Positions 1 through 9,014 of a stretch of DNA of 64,000 nucleotides are shown here, one piece after another. The notes beneath the pieces are model-generated. The model saw only the letters and a list, made by a program, of their open reading frames with translations, did no database searches and had not been told where the DNA came from. Both the position numbers and the translations under genes were made by a program. The stretch is from Verrucomicrobiota bacterium. GTDB lineage: Bacteria > Verrucomicrobiota > Verrucomicrobiia > Verrucomicrobiales > DEV007. The stretch covers positions 15,039 to 79,038 of the forward strand of contig JASFYY010000049.1 in NCBI GenBank assembly GCA_045046875.1, in the 5' to 3' direction. How positions within the stretch are numbered: the stretch's first letter is position 1; every line of letters starts with the position of its first letter.

Positions 1-1
1 G

Positions 2-577
2 GCGCAATCGGCGGGCCTGGGTGGTTTGGAGTGGATGGAGGGCATTCCGGGAAATGTGGGTGGGGCGATTCGCATGAATGCGGGAGCGATGGGGGCAGAA
101 ACTTTCGACCGGGTGGTCTGCGTGAGCTATGTGGATCAGCAGGGCGAGATACGTAAAAAGACGGTGCAAGAGATTGAACATCAATATCGTAATGTGCCCG
201 AGTTCTCGCAGAACTATGTGGTGTCGGTGATTTTCCGGGGCCAGCCGGAAGATACGGTATTAGTGGCTGAAAAAATCGAGCTGTCGAAGCAAAAGCGTAA
301 GGATGGTCAACCGGTGGCGGCGAGTGCGGGCTGTATTTTTAAAAATACCGACGAGGTGCCGGCGGGCAAGCTGGTCGATGAGCTGGGTTACAAAAACCGA
401 CGAGTGGGGCAGGCCAGGGTTTCGGAGGTGCATGGCAATTTTATTGTTAATGATGGCGGTGCGAAAGCGGCGGATGTGTTGCAGTTGATCGAGCAGATTC
501 AATTGGCGGCTAGGGAGCAGCGCGGTATTGAGTTGGAAACCGAGGTTCAGATCCTCGGCCAGCAGGAACCGGTTTGA
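2..577 (+). CDS. murB: UDP-N-acetylmuramate dehydrogenase MurB (5' truncated by window edge)
   Basis: Frame open from position 2; motifs GIPGNVGGAIRMNAGA, QP..SAGCIFKN, VSEVHGNFIVN, LETEV; dcw context. Confidence 0.93.
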   Translation, partial: AQSAGLGGLEWMEGIPGNVGGAIRMNAGAMGAETFDRVVCVSYVDQQGEIRKKTVQEIEHQYRNVPEFSQNYVVSVIFRGQPEDTVLVAEKIELSKQKRKDGQPVAASAGCIFKNTDEVPAGKLVDELGYKNRRVGQARVSEVHGNFIVNDGGAKAADVLQLIEQIQLAAREQRGIELETEVQILGQQEPV

Positions 578-584
578 GGGAAGT

Positions 585-619
585 ATTTGAGATTTTTAAT
601 TTAAGATTTGAGATTTGTG
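585..619 (+). repeat. Degenerate heptamer tandem repeat (ATTTGAG-like x5) between murB and ddl
   Basis: ATTTGAG ATTTTTA ATTTAAG ATTTGAG ATTTGTG directly before ATG at 620. Confidence 0.7.
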
Positions 620-1543
620 ATGAATATGAAAACGTTAAAGGTGGCGGTTCTCGGTGGTGGGCCGGGATCGGAGCGGGAGGTGTCGCTGGCTTCGGCGGCG
701 GCGGTGGTGAAGGCGCTGGAGGGGGAGGTTGCGGAGGTGACTCTGGTAGATGTAGCGGGGCCGGATTTTGTTTTGCCGCAGGCAGTGGATATTGCCTTTA
801 ATGTGATTCACGGGACTTACGGGGAGGACGGCGACTTACAGGCTGAGCTGGAACGCCGGGGTGTGGCTTATACGGGGGCGCGGGAGTTGAGCAGTCGATT
901 GGCTTTTGACAAGGTTAAAAGCAAACAAGTCTTTGTTGATAAAAACGTAAAAACTCCCATGGGTCGAACTTTAACAGCGTCTTGTGAAAAGCCGGAAGAG
1001 TTCCAATATCCTTGTGTGGTCAAGCCGCCGAGTGAGGGGTCAAGCGTGGGGGTGCATATCGTGCAGGGTGAGGATGAGTGGGTGGCGGCGCTGGCGGATG
1101 CGGCTAAGTATGGAGCGAGTGTTTTGCTGGAAGAGTATATTCGAGGCAAGGAGTTGACGGTAGGGGTGGTGGGTGACGAGGTTTTGCCAGTGATTCACAT
1201 TGAACCTCGCTCGGGTTTTTATGATATGAAAAACAAATATCCGTGGCTGCTGGATGATGGTGGCACGGACTATCATTGCCCGGCGGATTTGCCCAAAGAG
1301 GTCACGGAAGCGGTTCAGAGCCTGGCTTTGCAGGCTCACAGGGCTTTGGGGGTGGAGGTTTATTCACGAGTAGATTTGCTACTCGACGATAAAAACCAAT
1401 CCTATGTCCTTGAGCTTAATACAATTCCGGGAATGACCGAAAGCAGCCTGTTGCCCAAGGCGGCAAAAGAGGCGGGTTACACTTTTTCAGCTATATGCTT
1501 GAAAATTATTGAGTTTTCCTTAATAATACACAAAGACGTATGA
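620..1543 (+). CDS. ddl: D-alanine--D-alanine ligase
   Basis: GGPGSEREVSLAS, HGTYGEDG, VVKP..EGSSVGV, ELNTIPGMTESSLLP; start could be 620 or 626. Confidence 0.95.
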   Translation: MNMKTLKVAVLGGGPGSEREVSLASAAAVVKALEGEVAEVTLVDVAGPDFVLPQAVDIAFNVIHGTYGEDGDLQAELERRGVAYTGARELSSRLAFDKVKSKQVFVDKNVKTPMGRTLTASCEKPEEFQYPCVVKPPSEGSSVGVHIVQGEDEWVAALADAAKYGASVLLEEYIRGKELTVGVVGDEVLPVIHIEPRSGFYDMKNKYPWLLDDGGTDYHCPADLPKEVTEAVQSLALQAHRALGVEVYSRVDLLLDDKNQSYVLELNTIPGMTESSLLPKAAKEAGYTFSAICLKIIEFSLIIHKDV

Positions 1544-2574
1544 AATCCCAATCGTCATCACCCAAAGCTAGACGGAAAGCGGATCCGTTTGATTTGTCTC
1601 GACGGCGGGTGGTGGAATCGTTGCACGTGATGGATGTGATGGATACGAATCATCCGATTCATCAACTGGAGGCGCGTACGGGCGACCGCAAAAAGCGCAA
1701 GTTGAGACGTTCGCGTTGGGGCTTGCGTTTTTTAAAGGTGGCAGCGGTGGTGGTGTCGTTGATCAGTTTGACGGCTTTTGGGCAATGGGCTTACCAGCGG
1801 GCATTTTTTGAGAACCCTGATTTTTGTTTGAAGACGGTTGAGCTGGCCGTTCCTGAAGGTTTTTCTGCTACCAAGGTATTGGAGGTGGCCGGGGTAGAGC
1901 AGGGGATGAAGATGATGGGGATTGATCTGAAAGGCATGCGTGATCGTTTGAGCGAAATTCCGCTGGTTTCCAAAGTGGAGGTATCGCGTGAATTCCCTGA
2001 TAAGTTGATGATTGTCATCGAGGAGGCTCGCCCGATAGCTTGGTTGGCTTGTCCGGCTCAAGGGATTGAGCCCTATAAAGAGGGAAATGGATGGTTGATT
2101 GGTGAAAAGGGAGACTTGGTCAAGTGCGAGGCGGTGACGGCCCGGTTGGCGAGTTTGCCGGTGATCCAGGTGAATGATGTGTATGTGTCCGAGCAGGGCA
2201 CGATGACTGATTCGCCAATTATCAGAGCGGCGCTCGAGTTGATGGAGGTGAGTAGTTTGTTATTGAAGGGTGAGGGCTTGGAGATAGTGGAGGTGGTGGC
2301 TACTAATTCGTATTCATTGCAGGCTCGTTATAGCAATCGCATGGAAGTGGTGTTTGGGTTGTCGGATATGCAGGAGGCCTTGATGGACTTGCGCACTATT
2401 TTGGAGCGTACCCGGGCTGATGGAAAACTGTTGGCTACGGTGAATTTGCGGGTGAGAAGAAATATTCCGGTGACCTATTACCAGCCTCCGGTTGCCAAAC
2501 CGGTAGAGTTGGAAGGGGAGAGCGAGAGTGATGGAGAGGAAAAAACGAGCAAAAAGGAAGTAAAGAGAAGTTGA
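1540..2574 (+). CDS. ftsQ: Cell division protein FtsQ/DivIB (TM + POTRA)
   Basis: Basic N-terminus, single TM, POTRA-like ...VSKVEVSREFPDKLMIVIEE; lies between ddl and ftsA. Confidence 0.85.
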   Translation: MKSQSSSPKARRKADPFDLSRRRVVESLHVMDVMDTNHPIHQLEARTGDRKKRKLRRSRWGLRFLKVAAVVVSLISLTAFGQWAYQRAFFENPDFCLKTVELAVPEGFSATKVLEVAGVEQGMKMMGIDLKGMRDRLSEIPLVSKVEVSREFPDKLMIVIEEARPIAWLACPAQGIEPYKEGNGWLIGEKGDLVKCEAVTARLASLPVIQVNDVYVSEQGTMTDSPIIRAALELMEVSSLLLKGEGLEIVEVVATNSYSLQARYSNRMEVVFGLSDMQEALMDLRTILERTRADGKLLATVNLRVRRNIPVTYYQPPVAKPVELEGESESDGEEKTSKKEVKRS

Positions 2575-2636
2575 AGTATTGATACTTGCGCTGATCCGGT
2601 TATCGTCCCGTAATTAGGGTATGGCTGAGTAAGAGT

Positions 2637-3857
2637 ATGGCAAAGTCGAATATTTACGTTGGGCTCGAAATCGGGACTTCCAAGATCTGTGTGGTCGTGG
2701 GAGAAGTGCGCGGTGATGGCGCGATCAAAATTCTTGGAGTGGGGCAACACCCGTCGTCGGGGGTTCGCAAAGGAGAGATTGTCGACTTTGCCGCAGCTCA
2801 AACCTGCCTGCACGATGCTTTGGTGAATGCCGAGGATCGTAGTGACATGATGGTGGACGGGGTCTGTCTGGCAGTGACCGGATCACATATCGAGAGTCTG
2901 AGCAATTGTGGTTGTATTCGGGTGGCGGATGAGAACAGTGAGATCTCCAGTGTGGATTTGGAGGAAGTGAAAGAAATCGCGCGTGATGTTGCCATACCGG
3001 ATAAAAATGCGGTGGTGCATACCATCGTGCAGCATTATTACGTGGATGATCAAGACAAGGTGCTCAATCCCGTGGGCATGCTGGGGCAAAAACTGCAAGC
3101 GGATTATCATATCATCCACGGAGTGAAAAACCGCATTCAGAATACGATTCGTTGTGTGCGTGAGATACCGATGGAGGTGGAGGATATTGTATTTTCCCCC
3201 TTGGCAGCAGCGCAGGTGGTGCTCAACCGTGAGGCCAAACAACAGGGGGCGGTGTTGATTGACATCGGTGGTGGCACTGCGGATTATATTTTGTATCTCG
3301 ACGGGGCGGTGATGGCCTCGGGAAGTCTGGGATTGGGAGGGGATCACATCACCAATGATTTGTCGGTGGTATTAAAAGTGCCGATGTCCAAAGCGGAAAA
3401 GTTGAAACTGGAGGAAGGCAGTGTCGGGCATGGATCTGCGGAAGTCGAAGGGGTGGTGGATCTGGAGGCAGGCAGTCATTATGCCGGGGGCGAGGTTGAG
3501 AAGTCTTTGGTGAATCAAGTGATCACCATGCGCTTGAAGGAAATTTTGGAACTTATTTACAAACGACTGGGCAGCACAGGTTTTCTGCCGCGAGTGGGCA
3601 AAGGCATTTATTTGACTGGTGGCACCAGTTTGATGGATGGGATTGAAGAACTGACCGAGGATGTTTTCGGACTTCCAGTGCAAAGAGGCAGTGCGGCGAA
3701 GATGACAGGACCGGCGGCTATTTTTGAAAATCCCCAATACGCCACGCCGGTTGGCTTGGTTCGTTATGCGCAATTATTGGATGAACAACGGCCGCATAAG
3801 GGCAAAATCAGGGCATTGGGGCATACTTTGGCAGGAATATTTGGAGGGGGGCGTTGA
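2637..3857 (+). CDS. ftsA: Cell division protein FtsA
   Basis: GLEIGTSKI, IDIGGGT, GGDHITNDL, LTGGTS actin-fold motifs. Confidence 0.96.
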   Translation: MAKSNIYVGLEIGTSKICVVVGEVRGDGAIKILGVGQHPSSGVRKGEIVDFAAAQTCLHDALVNAEDRSDMMVDGVCLAVTGSHIESLSNCGCIRVADENSEISSVDLEEVKEIARDVAIPDKNAVVHTIVQHYYVDDQDKVLNPVGMLGQKLQADYHIIHGVKNRIQNTIRCVREIPMEVEDIVFSPLAAAQVVLNREAKQQGAVLIDIGGGTADYILYLDGAVMASGSLGLGGDHITNDLSVVLKVPMSKAEKLKLEEGSVGHGSAEVEGVVDLEAGSHYAGGEVEKSLVNQVITMRLKEILELIYKRLGSTGFLPRVGKGIYLTGGTSLMDGIEELTEDVFGLPVQRGSAAKMTGPAAIFENPQYATPVGLVRYAQLLDEQRPHKGKIRALGHTLAGIFGGGR

Positions 3858-3964
3858 ATAAGTCATTTGGGGAATTTTTTCTAATTGTGTAAAAAGGATA
3901 AAAAAGATTTGATCTATGGGCCAAGGCTCTGTTTGATTTGTGACGCAGAAAGGTAAAACGATTT

Positions 3965-6748
3965 ATGATAGAATATAACGTGAGTGAACAAACGGAGATT
4001 CCAGAGGCTAACGGCTTCTCCGTCAAAATAATCGGAGTGGGTGGATCCGGGGCCAATGTGCTGGATCGAATGGCTCTCGAAGGCAGTGAGGCCGGAGATC
4101 TGCTGACGATCAACACCGATGTTCGGGCACTCTCGACTTCTGTATCGAGCAATAAAATTCAACTGGGTAAAGAATTGCTGATGGGAATGGGCGCTGGTGG
4201 TGATCCTGAGCTGGGACGTGAGGCATCCTTGGAAGCTGAAGGTGAGATCCGCGATGCGGTGCGCGGCTACAGCATGGTTTTTGTTTGTGTCGGACTAGGC
4301 GGGGGAACGGGATCGGGTGCTGCGCCCGAGGTTTGCCGTATCGCCCGTGAAGAAGGCGCTTTTCTGGTGGCCTTCACTTCCTTGCCTTTTGGTTTTGAGG
4401 GAAAACGACGCATGGAGCAGGCGACCGACGCGCTCAAGGGGATCGGCGAATATGCCAATGCGGTGGTGACTTTTGAAAATGACCGCATGGGTGAGTTGCT
4501 GGTGGCCAAGGAGGGCATTCAGCAGGCTTTTGCCGCTGCGGATAAACTGATCAGTCAGAGTATTCTTGCGACAACCAACATGGTGACTCAGCCGGGTATC
4601 ATCCGTCTGGGCATGGATGACTTGCTGACGGCATTGCGCAACCGCGATTCCCGTTGTCTGTTTGGCTTCGGTTTGGCTAAAGGTGATAACCGCGCACAGG
4701 AAGCTCTGGCGCAGGCCTTGAAGAGTCCGTTGATTGATAAAACTTACTTGATGGATTCGGCTGAGAATGTGTTGATTCACATTTCCGGAGGCGATTCGTT
4801 GACGCTTTATGAAGTGGAGATCCTTATGGGCGAACTGGCCAAACATGTCAGTGATCAGGCTCAGATTCTATTCGGGGTGGGCACTGATAAAAAGCTAGGC
4901 AACAGTTTGGCGGTGACTTTGATCTCTTCGGTGTCGAGTGAAAAAATCGGCCCGAGCGGGAGCAGAAGAAAAAAGGAAGAGGATAAAAAAAAAGCCCTGA
5001 CGAAGGATGATTCGGGCAGTGATGACGATGGAGGCGATGATGATGGAGGAGGGGGAGGTTCGGCAAAGCCGGGAAAGTCATCAGCTAAGGTAGAGACAAA
5101 GGGGAGCGCTGGCGCCGCCCCGCCTCCGCCGGATGATTTGGAGTTGAATGCGGAGCCTGGAGCAGAGCTTCAGGTGGAGGACGATACCGATGGGGCGGAA
5201 GAATTAACGGACTCGGGTGTATCTGAAGAAATAGAAAAAACTGAAACAGTTGTCGGCGACGACGAAGAATCAGCAGAAATCTCATCAGCGGCTACTGCGG
5301 AAGCCGCTGATGAGATTTCTGCTGAGGAAGAGGTCGCTGAGGAAGAGGTCGCTGAGGAAGAGGTCGCTGAGGAAGAGGTCGCTGAGGAAGAGGAGCCTGG
5401 CCAGGACGAGGAGGAGATCGACGAAATTGATCCAGAGCCTGAATTGGAACAAGAGGTGTCGGCAGATCAGGAGTCGTTCAACGATGCCAACGATGAGCAA
5501 GAGGATGAAATCATCGCAGAAGAAGCTGAAGAGGTCGTCGAAGAGGAAGAAGTGGAGAGTGGGGTTGAACTTAAGGTGGATGCGGAGGACTTGCCATCTG
5601 GGTTGGAGGAAGAAATTTCGGAAATTGAAGCAGAACTCAAGAGCATCAATCAGCAAATTGAAGAATTTGATGAGGCGGAAGAGTCGGCTGCGGAGACCAT
5701 TGTTGAATCCGCGCAGGATTTGGATGATGAGCCAGAAGCGGCAGCGCCTGAGCCCGAGCCTGAAACTGATCCAGTTGATGAGGTAGAAGCGCCTGATTTG
5801 ATCGAGGAAGAAAGCGAGGATTCAGTTTCGGCGATAGAAGAAATTGATGAAGTCGAAGAGGAACCTGCGGTGGATGAGGTGCCGGAAGAAGCGGTGCCTG
5901 GTCAAGGCATGGCCAGCCTGTTAGGTTTGACTCCAGTGAATGTGGACGAAGGCTCCGATGAGGTTGCCTTGCCGACGGATGAACCGCTTGATGAGCAAGA
6001 AGACCTCGAACCTGAGGTTGAAGCGGACGTTGAACCTGAAGAAGCTGCAGCGGAGGTATCGCCATTTGAAATAGATGACGAAGAAGAGGATGACGAGGGG
6101 GCGGCAGAAGTAGCGGAGGAGCTTGCTGTTTCGATTGAAAAGGAGCAGCAGGTTGATGAACCGGAGGAGGAAGTTCCAGCGCAACAAGAGCAGAAGAAGC
6201 CGTCCTTGCCTATGTCAATTCGCGATTTGGCGAAAAAGAGCATGCAAGATCAGCAAGCGGGTCAGGCTGAGGATGAGTTGATCGTGCACGCTTTGGATGA
6301 GGTTGATGGCGATGACGAGGCGGATGAAGATGAGGAGGCGAGCATTTTTGATGTGGGTGATGAGGAAGAAGGAGATGAGGAAAAGGTGAACGTGGCCGAT
6401 GTGATTCTTTCTGCGGCAGCAGGTGACGATGGGGATCAAGAGATCACCCTGAGTCGGGTGGATGCGCCCGAAGACGAAGACGACGATGAGGAGGAGCTTG
6501 AAGAAGAGCTTGCGGATTCTGCTGAAGAGCAGACCGATGAAGATATTTCCCAATCCGATCCGGAGGATTTCCCCGATTTGGGAAAGGGTGAAAGCGGTGA
6601 TGAAAAACCAGGTAAAAGCGGCCCTCGGAAACAAGGGGTGTTGGAGCTTGAACCGACGGCAAAAGGTCGTTTTGCTAAAACCGATCCGACGATCGTGGAA
6701 GGGCAGGATTTGGATGTGCCCACTTTTTTGCGTGCTCGTAGGGACTAA
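3965..6748 (+). CDS. ftsZ: Cell division protein FtsZ with very long acidic linker (927 aa)
   Basis: IGVGGSG, GAGGDPELG, tubulin signature GGGTGSG, PFGFEG, C-terminal DLDVPTFLR peptide. Confidence 0.93.
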   Translation: MIEYNVSEQTEIPEANGFSVKIIGVGGSGANVLDRMALEGSEAGDLLTINTDVRALSTSVSSNKIQLGKELLMGMGAGGDPELGREASLEAEGEIRDAVRGYSMVFVCVGLGGGTGSGAAPEVCRIAREEGAFLVAFTSLPFGFEGKRRMEQATDALKGIGEYANAVVTFENDRMGELLVAKEGIQQAFAAADKLISQSILATTNMVTQPGIIRLGMDDLLTALRNRDSRCLFGFGLAKGDNRAQEALAQALKSPLIDKTYLMDSAENVLIHISGGDSLTLYEVEILMGELAKHVSDQAQILFGVGTDKKLGNSLAVTLISSVSSEKIGPSGSRRKKEEDKKKALTKDDSGSDDDGGDDDGGGGGSAKPGKSSAKVETKGSAGAAPPPPDDLELNAEPGAELQVEDDTDGAEELTDSGVSEEIEKTETVVGDDEESAEISSAATAEAADEISAEEEVAEEEVAEEEVAEEEVAEEEEPGQDEEEIDEIDPEPELEQEVSADQESFNDANDEQEDEIIAEEAEEVVEEEEVESGVELKVDAEDLPSGLEEEISEIEAELKSINQQIEEFDEAEESAAETIVESAQDLDDEPEAAAPEPEPETDPVDEVEAPDLIEEESEDSVSAIEEIDEVEEEPAVDEVPEEAVPGQGMASLLGLTPVNVDEGSDEVALPTDEPLDEQEDLEPEVEADVEPEEAAAEVSPFEIDDEEEDDEGAAEVAEELAVSIEKEQQVDEPEEEVPAQQEQKKPSLPMSIRDLAKKSMQDQQAGQAEDELIVHALDEVDGDDEADEDEEASIFDVGDEEEGDEEKVNVADVILSAAAGDDGDQEITLSRVDAPEDEDDDEEELEEELADSAEEQTDEDISQSDPEDFPDLGKGESGDEKPGKSGPRKQGVLELEPTAKGRFAKTDPTIVEGQDLDVPTFLRARRD
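5321..5393 (+). repeat. 15-bp in-frame tandem repeat (GCTGAGGAAGAGGTC, 4 full + 13 nt) encoding AEEEV in the FtsZ linker
   Basis: Perfect units at 5321, 5336, 5351, 5366 and a partial unit at 5381. Confidence 0.95.
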
Positions 6749-6906
6749 GCTGATATGTGAAGGCTGGGATGGATAAATAGAGTGTATGCATGGGTTGGTC
6801 GCTGGCACTATAAGATGAAAAATTATAAACACTGATTTCACTGATAGTGAAAAAATATCCTCAATTTAGAAATGCCCTGTAGTGTGAAATCTTCGATAGA
6901 ATTGAT

Positions 6907-8229
6907 ATGAAAAAATTACTCAAAACTTCCCATGTGCTCGTCGCTGCAAGTCTGGCGCTTACTTTCACGGCTGCCGCTGAGAATTGGCCGAATTGGCGTG
7001 GTCCTAACAATAACGGTTCGACCAGTGAAAAAGGATTTCCCGATAAGTTTTCTAAGACTGAAAATCTGTTATGGGAAGTTGATTTGCCGGGTGACGGGGC
7101 ATCGGCACCGATTGTGTGGCAGGATGGCATTTATCTGACATCGATCGACGAATCGGTGGATGGAGTGGTGGCGATGAAGTTGGATCGCAAGACGGGCAAA
7201 GTGCTTTGGAAAAAACCTTTTGGCAAAGGCATGCGTCAGGATGACCGCAGCACTTACGCGGCTCCTTCGGCAGTGACCGATGGCAAGACGGTGTTCTTTT
7301 TCTCCGGCACGGGGGATTTGGTTGCTTATGATTTGGATGGCAAGGAAATCTGGGCTCGTAACATTCAGAAGGACTATGGCACCTTTGCTTTTGGGTGGAC
7401 TTTCTCGACCAGCCCGGTGTTGTGGGATGGCACTTTGTATCTCCAGGTTTTGCAGCGCGATGTGGCGGTGGATGACAAAGGTTTTAAGGATCGCATCAAC
7501 GAGTCCTACCTTCTGGCGATGGATCCGGCAACGGGTAAGGAAAAATGGCGGCACATCCGCCAGACTCCGGCTTTGATGGAATCACGCGAAGCCTTTTCGA
7601 CTCCGGTGCCCAGTGAGCATAACGGACGCAAGGAATTGTTGGTGGTGGGGGGCGATTACCTGACCAGTCATGATCCGCAGACCGGTAAAGAGTTGTGGCG
7701 TTGGGGCACCTGGAATCCGGATAAGGAAAAATATTGGCGCTTGGTGCCTTCGCCGGTTTATGGTGATGGCACGGTTTTGGTTTGTGGACCTAAAAGTGCA
7801 CAGGCCTATGGGATCAAGGCAGGGGGATCGGGCACTTTGGGAGACGACGCGATTGCTTGGAAAAGCGAGGGTAAGTTGGTGGCGGCGGATGTGCCGACTC
7901 CTTTATATTATCAGGGACGTTTTTATCTGCTCAACGGGCGTAAAAAAGTGATCAGCTGTATCGAACCCAAAAGCGGCAAAGTGCTGTGGAGTGAGAAGTT
8001 GAATGCCAAAGTGAAACTGGAAGCTTCGCCGACTGGTGCGGATGGGAAAATCTATATCATCAGTCATTTGGGTGAGGTGTTTGTGGTGAAAGCGGGTGAC
8101 CAGTTTGAGTTGATCAGCGAGTCGAACATGGGCGTGGCTCAGAGCACTTACATCCGTTCGCCGATTGTGGCAGCGCAGGGAAATTTGTTTATCCGCGCTA
8201 ATAACAAACTGTTTTGCGTGGGCAAGTGA
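6907..8229 (+). CDS. Secreted PQQ-binding-like (BamB-like) beta-propeller protein
   Basis: Signal peptide, NWPNWRGP start, repeated D..TGK..W blades. Confidence 0.85.
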   Translation: MKKLLKTSHVLVAASLALTFTAAAENWPNWRGPNNNGSTSEKGFPDKFSKTENLLWEVDLPGDGASAPIVWQDGIYLTSIDESVDGVVAMKLDRKTGKVLWKKPFGKGMRQDDRSTYAAPSAVTDGKTVFFFSGTGDLVAYDLDGKEIWARNIQKDYGTFAFGWTFSTSPVLWDGTLYLQVLQRDVAVDDKGFKDRINESYLLAMDPATGKEKWRHIRQTPALMESREAFSTPVPSEHNGRKELLVVGGDYLTSHDPQTGKELWRWGTWNPDKEKYWRLVPSPVYGDGTVLVCGPKSAQAYGIKAGGSGTLGDDAIAWKSEGKLVAADVPTPLYYQGRFYLLNGRKKVISCIEPKSGKVLWSEKLNAKVKLEASPTGADGKIYIISHLGEVFVVKAGDQFELISESNMGVAQSTYIRSPIVAAQGNLFIRANNKLFCVGK

Positions 8230-8993
8230 TGAGCTTTGGGCGAGCGTTCCAAGCGGTGGTCCTAGTGGCTGCCGCTTATGTGATTTGCTCTGGTTCGGCT
8301 TTTGCTCAAGCAGCGGAGGGACAGGCGGACGTCTATGCGGGCAAGGTCATAAAGGATTTTAAATTTGGTCAGGGATTGATTCTGGACCGGATGAAAAATG
8401 CGCCCCGACTGGGCGAGGTCGCTCCGGATTTTATTCTCAAGGATGCGACGAGTGGCAAGATCCTGCAGTTGAGCCAACTGTGCAAGAACAAGCCGGTGGT
8501 GCTGATGTTCGGCAGTTCAACCTGCAATGAAACCGGACGATCGATTGAGCCGATATCCAGATTATCGGAAAAGTTTAAAAATAAAGTGCAATTTGTTTTG
8601 GTTTATATCCGGGAGGCCCATGCCCAGGACGGCTTGAACTTTGGCATGACGGGTAACATCGATGATCCGAAAACATATGCCGAGCGATCGTCAGTGGCTG
8701 CTGCTTGGAAAAAAAACAAACAGATCCCATTTCCCGTGCTGGTTGATGGTATAGGTGACCCTATGGCGGTGCGTTGGGCGGGGTGGCCGGTGCGTTTGTA
8801 TGTGATCGATCAACAACAGAAGATCGTTTATGCCGGTCAGCAGGGGCCGTGGTTTTATAATCCTGGCAAGTGGTATGAGCATAGCGGCAAGGTGAATATT
8901 GTCTCCGATGCTGATCGGATTGGATTGAGTAAGGGCAGTTTGGAGGAGTTTTTGGAGGGTTTTGAAGCGGTGGGCGATAGCTCGAAGAAATGA
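8229..8993 (+). CDS. Iodothyronine deiodinase-like thioredoxin-fold protein (Cys form), secreted
   Basis: APDF.L, PVVLMFGSSTC, VYIREAH, WP.RLYVID; ATG overlaps upstream TGA. Confidence 0.7.
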   Translation: MSFGRAFQAVVLVAAAYVICSGSAFAQAAEGQADVYAGKVIKDFKFGQGLILDRMKNAPRLGEVAPDFILKDATSGKILQLSQLCKNKPVVLMFGSSTCNETGRSIEPISRLSEKFKNKVQFVLVYIREAHAQDGLNFGMTGNIDDPKTYAERSSVAAAWKKNKQIPFPVLVDGIGDPMAVRWAGWPVRLYVIDQQQKIVYAGQQGPWFYNPGKWYEHSGKVNIVSDADRIGLSKGSLEEFLEGFEAVGDSSKK

Positions 8994-9014
8994 GCGGGTA
9001 GGCGATCAAGCTTG

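Noticed and set aside
5321..5393. Tandem repeat as a CRISPR array
   Set aside because: Units are adjacent with no spacers and are in-frame coding sequence; there are no cas genes in the window.
5250..5786. Alternative-frame ORF with RKRSL repeats
   Set aside because: It is a shadow frame of the low-complexity ftsZ linker.
8523..8525. Selenocysteine in the deiodinase-like protein
   Set aside because: The codon is TGC (Cys) and there is no in-frame TGA.
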